A stretch of DNA of 43,303 nucleotides from a virus (lineage: Duplodnaviria > Caudoviricetes), in the IMG/VR virus record IMGVR_UViG_3300044806_000263, positions 1 through 43,303 of that record. One strand, written 5' to 3'. Made by a program: the position numbers and the translations under genes. Within the stretch, counting starts at the first letter, position 1, and each line of letters opens with the position of its first letter. This document shows, in pieces, positions 25,409 through 34,451 of this stretch. The notes under the pieces were generated by a model that was given only the letters and a program-made list of their open reading frames with translations, did no database searches and was not told where the DNA came from.

Positions 25409-25630
25409 ATGAAATTCAAATTCGTATCTGTTGACGCCGACCACTATCTGTGGGGCACCAATGACGAAGAGAAAGCCAAGAAAGTCGCAGCCACCTCGCT
25501 GGTGTGGAATGTGGAAACTGGCGAGTACCTGTTTGGCGAGAGCGAAGTGAAGCCAGAGAATCCGGAAGTGATGAATCTGTCAGAGATTCCGGGTCACTGG
25601 CTGGAAGAGTCGCAAGCGGAAAAGCTGTAA
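25409..25630 (+). CDS. Hypothetical acidic protein (73 aa, start MKFKFVSV)
   Basis: AGGAG site; starts 2 nt after the dUTPase stop. Confidence 0.75.
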   Translation: MKFKFVSVDADHYLWGTNDEEKAKKVAATSLVWNVETGEYLFGESEVKPENPEVMNLSEIPGHWLEESQAEKL

Positions 25631-25649
25631 ACCAACTGGAGAAAGCAAT

Positions 25650-25895
25650 ATGGAAACAATGATTCAACCGAAAGTTACTGGCTATCGTCAGCTCAGCGAA
25701 GCAGAAGTTGCGCTGATGAATGAAGGCAAAGCGCTGGCAGAGAAGTGCGGCGAATACATTGCCAAGCTACGAGCAATTACGCCAACAGTATCCCACAACG
25801 GACTGGATCAGCGCTGGGTATCCATCGGCGCCACCGATCTTCAACGTGGATTCATGGCAGTGATTCGCGGCATTGCACAACCAACTACGTTCTAA
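25650..25895 (+). CDS. acb2: Anti-CBASS cyclic-oligonucleotide sponge, Acb2 / T4 Vs.4 family (81 aa)
   Basis: GYRQLSEAEVALMNEGK and RWVSIGATDLQRGFMAVIRGIAQPTTF align by eye with PaMx33 Acb2, including the Y11, K26, R67 and T74 equivalents. Confidence 0.88.
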   Translation: METMIQPKVTGYRQLSEAEVALMNEGKALAEKCGEYIAKLRAITPTVSHNGLDQRWVSIGATDLQRGFMAVIRGIAQPTTF

Positions 25896-25909
25896 CCGGA
25901 GAAATTGAC

Positions 25910-26182
25910 ATGGCACAACAATTGGATTTTTCTACCATCCTGTTGCATCTGAAGGCCGGCGGCCGCGCACGACGTGGTGGCTGGAATGGCAAAGGCCTGT
26001 GGCTTTGGCTTGTTCCGCAGTGGGATGTAGTCAACTATCCTATGAACTTGCCAATTCCTGGCGGTGACTGTCTACCGTTTATCGGTATGCGCACAGCACA
26101 GGAAGATTTTGTTCCCTGGCTGGCGTCGCAAACTGACATTCTGGCCAACGACTGGGAAGTCGTACCGGAAGGCGAAGCGTAA
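25910..26182 (+). CDS. tad2: Anti-Thoeris sponge, Tad2 / DUF2829 family (90 aa, start MAQQLDF)
   Basis: ARRGGWNGKG and PWLASQTDILANDWEVV signatures; GGAG site. Confidence 0.85.
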   Translation: MAQQLDFSTILLHLKAGGRARRGGWNGKGLWLWLVPQWDVVNYPMNLPIPGGDCLPFIGMRTAQEDFVPWLASQTDILANDWEVVPEGEA

Positions 26183-26184
26183 AC

Positions 26185-26221
26185 AAAAAAAAACCAGGGA
26201 CAACATTTCTGCTGTCCCTGG
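26185..26221 (-). terminator. Intrinsic terminator ending the minus-strand structural arm
   Basis: CCAGGGACA/TGTCCCTGG stem followed by T9 on the minus strand. Confidence 0.8.
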
Positions 26222-26246
26222 CCAACCACCGACGAAAGGAAATCAC

Positions 26247-26495
26247 ATGAGCAAGTTCAAGAAAGGTGATTTGATTGTTGACCGTTTTAACAGAGAGCTT
26301 GTACATGTAGTTATCTCTGCCCCGGGAGAGGTAGTGTTCCTGTTTCGCGGCACCCAGCATCTGTGGGTTTACCTCGTCAAGCGAACACTGCCAGATTCTC
26401 CTTTGCTGTGTGTGCCTGCCAAAGAACTGGAAGCCGATTTCATTCCGCTGCTTGAGGCGTATTCATCATATCCTCCAGCGGCTCACCGCCCATAA
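26247..26495 (+). CDS. Hypothetical protein (82 aa, MSKFKKGDLIV), SH3/KOW-like start
   Basis: AAGGA site; FKKGDxI motif; overlaps the 3' end of the 1670-aa gene by 56 nt. Confidence 0.6.
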   Translation: MSKFKKGDLIVDRFNRELVHVVISAPGEVVFLFRGTQHLWVYLVKRTLPDSPLLCVPAKELEADFIPLLEAYSSYPPAAHRP

Positions 26496-29400
26496 CTTCC
26501 AACATTCTCTTTCCATACGGTGAACGGTGAGCCTCCATCAACTTGTTCACCTCACTCTGCTTGGCGCTCTTGAACCACCGCTGTAGCGCCCCAGAGTATC
26601 CTTCAATTCTTCCGCCGCTAGCTGCATACTTCGCAGCAAACTCTGTGATGTCTTCACTCTCCAGAGTACCGGAACGAATCTTCTGCTTCACCACCTGACC
26701 AAGCTGTTCGGTTCTTTCTTGATCTGCTGCCTGATACGCACGCTGACGGAACCGATGATTCATAGCCACAGCTTCGTCCATTGGTTTCGCACCAGCAATG
26801 CGTGATGCAGTTGCGATGGCAGAGAAATCTGAAGAGGAAGAAATAATACTCCCCTTTGACGTTGTGCTGAATCCTTGCATGATCTGAGCGATACCAGCCA
26901 GCGGACGAGAAACACCATTGTGTTCCAGTCCGTTTAACAATGCTGGACCAAGATCAGCACCATTCATGATGTTCTTGCCAGTGTTAATCAGCGTGCTCAC
27001 AACTCGTGATCCTGCCTCATACAGCGGAACTTCTGTCGGTGATGTGGGGACAATAGTAATGTGCCGCGGATTCAGGTCGCCGCGTGTGTACAATGCTGGT
27101 GCTTTGTCAGAGAACAGCGGGAACGCAGATGGCGTGCCATACATCAACCAGTCACCAGCTTCTTTGTTCGCCGCTGCAATGGTAGAGTATATGTCCCTGT
27201 GTCCCTCGTTGATGCTGGCGTTGCCAATCAGGTGAGTATTCACCGCCTCGACAAACGGCATACCTGACAGCCCGAATGTTGCTCCTTGCATACCAGCAAG
27301 CACAGCAATGGTCTTGGTGTTTCTGTCTCCGATGTGACGGAACAACTGCTGGAACATGTTGAACTGGTAAGTCTGGAACAGTCCGATGGCCGCCCCGAGA
27401 GTTCCTTGGAACAGAATCGGCCGCTGCGAGGAGATATAGTTTCCTTGCACCCGATTGACAAAGATGCTGATCATCGCATTCTGTTCTTTCACACTCATCT
27501 TGCCAGCTTCAACCAGCGGATGAGTGATCTGGCGCATCACATCTGCACCAACAAAGCGAGTAAAATCTTCAGCAAAGTTGTTGCCGGTAAACAGTGACCC
27601 CTTCTCTGTCCAGTCGTCAATTCTCTTTGCCCACTTACCAGGCACCAGATCAGGCACCAGTGACATGTCAGCCATCATTTCGTGATACTGGCTAGTAATG
27701 TCCTTGATGGCTCCGATATCTTTGTACCGGCCCATCAATGCTTTGTTCTCTTTGCCCCAGAAGTTCTGAACAGCGCGGCCAATGAGCTTTGTAGTTGACG
27801 GGATCGCCGCACCCGATGCAGGATCTTTCACGCTCATTAGTTCCGCCAGCTTGCCAACCAACTCTGGATGGTTCTTGATGCTGTTTCTGATTGACGAGAC
27901 TTCCGATCCCAGCATGATCGGGGACGAGATTGTGTTCACCAACGCATTGGCAGCATCCAGTCGCAACGTGATTGTCGCAAGCAAACTGTTGCCTTTTGCA
28001 ATTGCCTGCTTGATGACGTTTCTGTTGTTGCCGCTCTGTGCGAGCAGAAACTCTTGTTGTGTCTTGTACGGCAATCCAGCACCAACACGTTCGATGATTC
28101 TGTTGGCTTCTTCGAAATCAATCTGCCCGGCTCGTGCCTGAGCAAATCCTTTCTCCATGATCTCGTATCCGCGAGTACCAGCACCGTCAACAAATTCGTT
28201 CATCTGATGCCACAACTGGAACTCAGAGCGCTTGCTGATATCCAGTGCAGTGTTCATGTAGTCACCGAACGGATCGACAGTAGATTTGCCAAGCAAGCTG
28301 CCGATGTATCCGAGCTTGGATTCTCGCACTGCTCTGTTCTTGCTGCTGAGCCATTCCAGCTCTGCAAATGTCTGAGCGTAGTTGACCTGTACAGCTTCCT
28401 GTGTAATCAGTCGGCTGCGGCGCTGGTGATATTCAATGTAATCTTCCAGTACCGCTTTGCCGTCCATCACTGGTTGCACGTCACCGAGCTTACCTTCCTT
28501 TTTCAGGAACGGATCAAGTGACGGCTCGTTCAGCGCACGAGAGTATTCATAGTCGCCTTTGGCTTTGAAATACTGCTCCGTATCTTTCTTGGTAAACACA
28601 TCCAACTCTGGATGACTCTCGCGGATAGCCAGAATCTTGCTCTCCAGTTCGTTGGCAGACTTGGCAGAAATCATTACTGATTCGCTGTCGTTGAACATCT
28701 TACCTTCTTTGGCCCGCACAAAGGCAATGAACGGGAACCGCTTGGTATCCACTGGCGGCAGATACAACTGGTTGGAGTCAAAGTGCACCTTCAGTCCCTG
28801 AGCATTGGCAAGCTCTGTGCGTGCGGCCAGTTGCTCTTTGTGGATGTTGTGATGTTCGGACAGAAACGCATATACTTTGGGATTCATCTCCACTGACACT
28901 TTGAATCCTACAGTATCTGGCTGACCCGCACCACCTTTTTCCAGCTCACGCAGATAGTCTTTGAGACTGCGCATGTCAACCAGTTTGCCCTCGAACAGCG
29001 CAAGTGGTTCTGCAGTTGTACGCACCTTGTTGGTCACTGCTCCCAACTCAGCAGCCAGTTTACCGTCTGACAGAATCTCTGCTGCGTACGGCTGAAGACG
29101 AGTAAGAGTCTCGTTGGCCCGCTTCTGGGTAATGAGATTTACAGCTTTGCCACTGTCTTGTGCCCACACGCGCATCTTGTCGCCATATGCGGCGTTGGCA
29201 AAGCTGACAAATCCAGCACCTGCTCCCGTCTGATCAGCGCCACCTGCAAGTTCCTCCGCCCTGTAATCGGGCAACAGAGCATAGTCACCTTTCAGTACCG
29301 AAGCTGACGCCTCTTGTGCTTTCTGTACTCCAATGGTCACTCGTGTTTTGTAGTCGATCAGCGGCGAGAGAAAGTCTCTGCCGGGCTTCATCATTTCATC

Positions 29401-31452
29401 GTACGCTTTGCGGTCGTAGGCAAAGACGACATTGTCACGGGCAGCATATGATTCGAGTTTGCGAAACACACCATCTTGCAGCAGCTGGGCAGAATCGAAG
29501 TTGACTTGGGTAGCTTTTTCCAGCCAATCGTGGTCAACGTTGAGTCGGTAAGCAACCAGACGAGAGTCAATCAGTTCTTTCTTTCTCGCTACCTCTGCTG
29601 CCTTGACTGCGTCTTTGATAGCTTCTTCCGCAGGAGTAAACATCTCCACTGCAGCAGCCACTTTCTGGTTCTTCAACCAGTTGGCATAGTCAGTTTGTAC
29701 ATCCAGAAAGTTGATCTTGTTACCGTCACCCAGCTTGATCCACGTATTTTCATCTGCCAGCTGAGGCTTGGCCAGCAACAGATCCAGCAGCGAGAAATCG
29801 CGGCCGTCAATGGTCGTATTGTGCAGCGTCTTGACCTGCGTAGCTGCCCAGTAGTGGCGTGCAGTAACTTCCGTAGAACTCATGCCAGCTTTGAAACTGT
29901 CACGGCTGATCTGATATGTGAGATTGCCACTGACAACACCAGACGGAGTTGACTTCAGCGGTGTCGTACCGTGCGCCATGTCGGCAATAGCTGCCAACGC
30001 AGAGTCGCCAGTAGTGCCAGATCGGGTATTGAACACCATTCGCAGCAGAGAGTCGTTCTCTTTGTTGACGGACTTGAAGATTGTGCTGGCCGGATTGATA
30101 GCCATTTCACCGCTAGGCTTCAGCAGCATATCGTATCCTGCCAGCCATGCTTCCTTGGCAGATTGGACATCAATACCGATAGCTGCCATCTTGGCTTCTG
30201 CCAGATCCCCTACGATTCTGTATCCCTGTGCAGTATCCGCCACTTTGGTAGTTGTCAGCGCTGCTGGGATATCTCCCACGCTGTTGATCTTGCCACCTGG
30301 AATCAGATACACCACATCAGCAGCAAAGTCAATTTCTTGTGCTGCCAATCCTTCCATCTTTTCCAGATTGAACAGCAGATTGCCCAGTTCCATACGAATG
30401 TCGGAATCGGATTTGCCGGCCTTCTTGCCGTCCTGTACGATGCTCAACAGCTTGGGCGCCACAGAATCACCAATGCTCTTGTCGGCGGCTACCGACTCTA
30501 CAATGGTCTGGCGAAATTTGAGATACGCGTCACTGGCAGTCTTTCCCAGGGCGCGGCCGTAGAGGGCTTCAGTTGCCAACTCGACAGGCTCAACTTGACC
30601 ATTCATCTTGAAGCTGAACTTCAGCAGTTTATCGCCTTCCAACACTTCCTTTGGCAGGTCCAGAACAGAGTCGATGATGCTGAATGCGCGGTCACCAAAT
30701 GAGATGCCAAGTTTGTCCAGTGCCACCACAGTGTCGTATGCGCGCGCCCGTTTGTCGATCAGTTTGCCAGCGTCTTTGTAGATGCGATTAGTCATGATCG
30801 CTTCGATGCCACCAGCAAACAGACCGCCAGCCAGCGAGGTCTTGGTGATATCCCAGGCAACATCTTTCCAATCTTCTCCAGCCAGCATCGGCGCCTGATG
30901 CATTGCAGCAGCTGCAGCAACTTCGAACACAGCAGTCTGCAACACATTGTCAGCAGCGCCAAATGCCATTGACGCCAGTTTGTTGGTGTTGAGTTGGTGG
31001 AATACGGTGCCACCTTTCAGTGCCATTTCCTGCAGACCAGCCTTGAGATACTCCACCTGCTTGGTTTGCGTATACCCCAGTACCTTGGAGAAAGTACCAG
31101 AAGCCTTACCGGCTCTTGCCAGTTGCAGACCCTTCAATGCCGCGCCACCAGGAATGAATGCGCCACCGATGAATCCGACAGTGTCGATGACGTTCTTGTT
31201 GTCCTGGTAGTATTGAGCATAGTTGCTGTCAATATCTTCCAGAATCGCCTGGGTGTTGGCAGTTTCAATGCCAGCATCGAAGATTTTGTTGCTGTACCAG
31301 ACACCAGTGTTGTACATGCTGGTAGCGGCAGATACAGCCGCCGCAATGGGGGCCTTGGTGACTGCATCGACAGCAGTGTCGAAGAAACTCTTACCGCCAG
31401 ACTGTACTTTGACGGTGTCGGCAGCGAACATCATGTCGTCGGAGAGGGACAT
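26440..31452 (-). CDS. Large internal virion / DNA ejection protein (1670 aa)
   Basis: Last and largest gene of the structural arm; helical Ala/Gly-rich sequence. Confidence 0.75.
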   Translation of the reverse strand: MSLSDDMMFAADTVKVQSGGKSFFDTAVDAVTKAPIAAAVSAATSMYNTGVWYSNKIFDAGIETANTQAILEDIDSNYAQYYQDNKNVIDTVGFIGGAFIPGGAALKGLQLARAGKASGTFSKVLGYTQTKQVEYLKAGLQEMALKGGTVFHQLNTNKLASMAFGAADNVLQTAVFEVAAAAAMHQAPMLAGEDWKDVAWDITKTSLAGGLFAGGIEAIMTNRIYKDAGKLIDKRARAYDTVVALDKLGISFGDRAFSIIDSVLDLPKEVLEGDKLLKFSFKMNGQVEPVELATEALYGRALGKTASDAYLKFRQTIVESVAADKSIGDSVAPKLLSIVQDGKKAGKSDSDIRMELGNLLFNLEKMEGLAAQEIDFAADVVYLIPGGKINSVGDIPAALTTTKVADTAQGYRIVGDLAEAKMAAIGIDVQSAKEAWLAGYDMLLKPSGEMAINPASTIFKSVNKENDSLLRMVFNTRSGTTGDSALAAIADMAHGTTPLKSTPSGVVSGNLTYQISRDSFKAGMSSTEVTARHYWAATQVKTLHNTTIDGRDFSLLDLLLAKPQLADENTWIKLGDGNKINFLDVQTDYANWLKNQKVAAAVEMFTPAEEAIKDAVKAAEVARKKELIDSRLVAYRLNVDHDWLEKATQVNFDSAQLLQDGVFRKLESYAARDNVVFAYDRKAYDEMMKPGRDFLSPLIDYKTRVTIGVQKAQEASASVLKGDYALLPDYRAEELAGGADQTGAGAGFVSFANAAYGDKMRVWAQDSGKAVNLITQKRANETLTRLQPYAAEILSDGKLAAELGAVTNKVRTTAEPLALFEGKLVDMRSLKDYLRELEKGGAGQPDTVGFKVSVEMNPKVYAFLSEHHNIHKEQLAARTELANAQGLKVHFDSNQLYLPPVDTKRFPFIAFVRAKEGKMFNDSESVMISAKSANELESKILAIRESHPELDVFTKKDTEQYFKAKGDYEYSRALNEPSLDPFLKKEGKLGDVQPVMDGKAVLEDYIEYHQRRSRLITQEAVQVNYAQTFAELEWLSSKNRAVRESKLGYIGSLLGKSTVDPFGDYMNTALDISKRSEFQLWHQMNEFVDGAGTRGYEIMEKGFAQARAGQIDFEEANRIIERVGAGLPYKTQQEFLLAQSGNNRNVIKQAIAKGNSLLATITLRLDAANALVNTISSPIMLGSEVSSIRNSIKNHPELVGKLAELMSVKDPASGAAIPSTTKLIGRAVQNFWGKENKALMGRYKDIGAIKDITSQYHEMMADMSLVPDLVPGKWAKRIDDWTEKGSLFTGNNFAEDFTRFVGADVMRQITHPLVEAGKMSVKEQNAMISIFVNRVQGNYISSQRPILFQGTLGAAIGLFQTYQFNMFQQLFRHIGDRNTKTIAVLAGMQGATFGLSGMPFVEAVNTHLIGNASINEGHRDIYSTIAAANKEAGDWLMYGTPSAFPLFSDKAPALYTRGDLNPRHITIVPTSPTEVPLYEAGSRVVSTLINTGKNIMNGADLGPALLNGLEHNGVSRPLAGIAQIMQGFSTTSKGSIISSSSDFSAIATASRIAGAKPMDEAVAMNHRFRQRAYQAADQERTEQLGQVVKQKIRSGTLESEDITEFAAKYAASGGRIEGYSGALQRWFKSAKQSEVNKLMEAHRSPYGKRMLEVMGGEPLEDMMNTPQAAE

Positions 31453-31464
31453 TGTAGTTTCCTT

Positions 31465-33387
31465 TTATTGGACCAGCGGATTCTGCACAGTGTTCTGCTG
31501 CATGTTCAGCATCTTGCGCAGTTCCATATCCTGCAGCACTGCGTCTCTGGATTTTTGTTCGTCAGGACCAAGCTGAGGCACAGTAGAGTTTTTGATGCTC
31601 TCAGCTGTGTTGCGAACCATGAAGTTCTTCAACTCTGCGTAGTTCAACAGATTGACAGAAGGAATCTTTCCTCGCACAAACACAGCAAATTTGTTGTTGT
31701 CTCTGCTGAATTCGAACATACCCGCAGTCACAGGATATTCCACTTTCTTGCTGTCCGGATTGGCAGGGTCGAAACCGTACTTGATTGCGCCAAGAGACTC
31801 GAACTGCCCTTCGTAGCCAGCAGTGATGAACTTGTGCATTTCCTGCATCACCTGTTCGCTTGCCTGCGGGTTGGACTTGATCCTACCAAATCCATACGCC
31901 AGTGCTTCCTTGAGATTGACTGTTCGTCCTTCCTTGGACTGACCAACAATGTACTGTGCAATGCTGTTGTTTTCCAGCAGCGGATTGCGTGCCGCCAAGC
32001 CAACATTGAGTTTGTACGGATTGCCGTCAGGCAGTTTGTCGTACTCGCGCTTGGCAGCATCTTTCTTCCAATCCACTGCCAAATCGTTCATAGCCCTGAT
32101 CTGCACATCCTGCGCAGTCATGTTCTTTTCCAGAACATATTTTGACCCGTATCGGGCAGCAGCTGCTTTCTCAGCTTCTTCCAGCCAAGTAACTTCCACC
32201 AGCCTGCCGGTTGCGGCCAGAGAGTTCTTGCTGCCAGCAGCGGCGATGACAGCGACGCCATCACCAAAGGTGCGAAACCGCCCGTTGACTGGAATGTTGT
32301 CGACCAAGAAGTCTCGTTCCTTCCGGTCCTTCTGCTGCCACTCGTATGCGCTGATAGGCTGTTTGCCAATCATGGCGTACAGAGTGTTGATGCCAGCAAC
32401 TTTCCTGGCCTCTTCTGCTTCCATTCCTTCCTTCTTCAGCCGAGTCTCGTGATCTGTCATCAACTGAGCAAGCAGCACTGACTGCTGTACATCTTTGTTG
32501 GCAAATCCTTCCTTGACCTGCAACACGTTGATTTGATGCGTCAGCAGTTCATTCTTCGCTTTCGCAGCTTCCACCTGCGCACGTGCCAGATCAACTTCCT
32601 GTGCCAGTCGTGCCTTGGCATGAATCTGGTCAACAGTAATTGCAGGCTCCAGCGCCTTCTGCTGCGCTGCCAGTTGCTGGCTGGTGGCAATCGCCTTGCT
32701 AGCTTGGTTACTGGTCCGCGCCGCAGCATTGTATTGCGGTACCAACTCCATCAACTTCACTTGCCCGCCCAGCCAGCCAAGAACATTGGTCAGTGGGCTG
32801 GCAGATTGTGCCTCTTGGATCATCGGTGCCAGTGTGCGCATCTTCTCTTCTGCACCAGCAATGATGGCAGTGTTCTCTGCCAGAATCTTGTTCTGCCCAG
32901 TAGAGTTGATGGCAAAACTGTCAAGAATCTTTGACGTTTGTTGTTGGTGAGCCGCTTCAACCTCAGCATCAATAGTGCGAGCTTTGGCAGAAGCAGCAGC
33001 ACCTTGTTGAATGCCCGCCAATTGCTGGTCCGCTGTTCTCGAAGCGGTACCCAGCATTGCTGACAGCAGAGGTTGCAGTTCCGCGCGAATTTCTCCAGCC
33101 CCATTGGCCGCACTCGCTACTGCTCCCAGCTGTTCTTCTGGAATCTTTTTGCTGCTAGTGGCTGTCCTGGAGACTCCGCCAGTTCTTGCAGCAGTGACCA
33201 TTTCCTTGGCCAGCATCAACTTGGCAACTTCAGGATCAGCATTCCACTGAATTGCCAATGGCGTGTTCAAGTCGCTGACACCCTGCTGCATCAGCACGGC
33301 AGCCACAGAACTTCCTTGTGCAGTTGCTTCCTGCTGCACATACGGCAGCAAGTCAGCCCACTTCATTGTTTGATTGCTCGTCGTCAT
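31465..33387 (-). CDS. Internal virion / ejection protein (640 aa)
   Basis: Ala/Gln-rich helical protein in the ejection-protein position. Confidence 0.7.
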   Translation of the reverse strand: MTTSNQTMKWADLLPYVQQEATAQGSSVAAVLMQQGVSDLNTPLAIQWNADPEVAKLMLAKEMVTAARTGGVSRTATSSKKIPEEQLGAVASAANGAGEIRAELQPLLSAMLGTASRTADQQLAGIQQGAAASAKARTIDAEVEAAHQQQTSKILDSFAINSTGQNKILAENTAIIAGAEEKMRTLAPMIQEAQSASPLTNVLGWLGGQVKLMELVPQYNAAARTSNQASKAIATSQQLAAQQKALEPAITVDQIHAKARLAQEVDLARAQVEAAKAKNELLTHQINVLQVKEGFANKDVQQSVLLAQLMTDHETRLKKEGMEAEEARKVAGINTLYAMIGKQPISAYEWQQKDRKERDFLVDNIPVNGRFRTFGDGVAVIAAAGSKNSLAATGRLVEVTWLEEAEKAAAARYGSKYVLEKNMTAQDVQIRAMNDLAVDWKKDAAKREYDKLPDGNPYKLNVGLAARNPLLENNSIAQYIVGQSKEGRTVNLKEALAYGFGRIKSNPQASEQVMQEMHKFITAGYEGQFESLGAIKYGFDPANPDSKKVEYPVTAGMFEFSRDNNKFAVFVRGKIPSVNLLNYAELKNFMVRNTAESIKNSTVPQLGPDEQKSRDAVLQDMELRKMLNMQQNTVQNPLVQ

Positions 33388-34448
33388 GGCTTCATCACTT
33401 TCTTTTGTACCTGATTGCTGATGATGGCTTTCAACAGCCTGTCAATTGCACCGTTGCCAGTCATGTTTCCTGGAATTGATCCAGTGACGGCACCAAGTAG
33501 AGCACCTTTGGAGCTGTCAGATTTGATGGCCCCGCTGGCCGCACCTGCAAGAATCTTCTTTGTCAGAGCAGGCAGAGCAGAAAACCCTGGAACAGCTGCC
33601 AGTGCAGGAGCAGCACCTGCTGACAATGCTGAACGTAGAATACCTTCGCCATTTGCACCTCCTGCGGCAGCCAAGCCACCTTGGATGACACCGCTGCCAA
33701 CAGCAGTAGCAACACCGCCTGTCAATCCGACAGCATTTCCCAGTGCAGTGCCCGCGCCGGGAGCTACAAAGTTCAACATCAGCCCAAGACCAGCAGCGAT
33801 CTTGCCCTTGTCGGTACTTGATTCCCAAGTGGAGTAGAAGATAGGACGACCCTGCGCGTCTGCCTGTACTTTGTACCGTGTGAATCCATCACCTTCCGCA
33901 CTGGCCGCAACTTCGTCACCGTTGAATTTGACTTCTTGCTTCTTGCCGCCGACAGTCTGATACCATTTGTCCCCTTCCTTGCGGAGACTCTTGATATCTT
34001 TGACTCCCATCTCTTGCAGTGCGAACGCAGCATTGACAATATGGCTTTTGCTGTCACCACCTTTGTTGCTCCAATTGACTCCTGCTAGCTTTGCTTGCTG
34101 CTGCAGTTGAGTTGCCATTTTGCCCATGGAATCCACATCCATGTATGGCCGAGCACCTTCTGTGTCTTTTGTCTCTTTGAATGCCCGCAGCACATCTTTG
34201 CGCTGAATCAGTCCACCCATCGCAGGAGCAAGTCCAGCAGAAATCAGATGGCTTTCAAATGGCGACGATGCCTGACTGGTGAGAATAGACCCATCGTTGT
34301 TGCCACTCTCGACAAACGCTGACACGCGCGAATTCAAGTCCGCGAACGCATTGCCGGTAGTTGGTGTCCCTGCCAGTTCCTTGTAGCTGATTCGCCCGTT
34401 TGCGTAATCAACTGCTTTCTGCGCTTCTGGTGTCAACGCATCGTCCAT
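33384..34448 (-). CDS. Putative ejection protein with Gly/Ala-zipper C-terminus (354 aa)
   Basis: Repeated GxxxG hydrophobic helices. Confidence 0.65.
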   Translation of the reverse strand: MDDALTPEAQKAVDYANGRISYKELAGTPTTGNAFADLNSRVSAFVESGNNDGSILTSQASSPFESHLISAGLAPAMGGLIQRKDVLRAFKETKDTEGARPYMDVDSMGKMATQLQQQAKLAGVNWSNKGGDSKSHIVNAAFALQEMGVKDIKSLRKEGDKWYQTVGGKKQEVKFNGDEVAASAEGDGFTRYKVQADAQGRPIFYSTWESSTDKGKIAAGLGLMLNFVAPGAGTALGNAVGLTGGVATAVGSGVIQGGLAAAGGANGEGILRSALSAGAAPALAAVPGFSALPALTKKILAGAASGAIKSDSSKGALLGAVTGSIPGNMTGNGAIDRLLKAIISNQVQKKVMKP

Positions 34449-34451
34449 GAT

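Noticed and set aside
26440-31452. Virion RNA polymerase to match the hairpin motifs, as in N4
   Set aside because: The protein is about half the size of N4 vRNAP and I found no T7-like or NADFDGD polymerase motifs.
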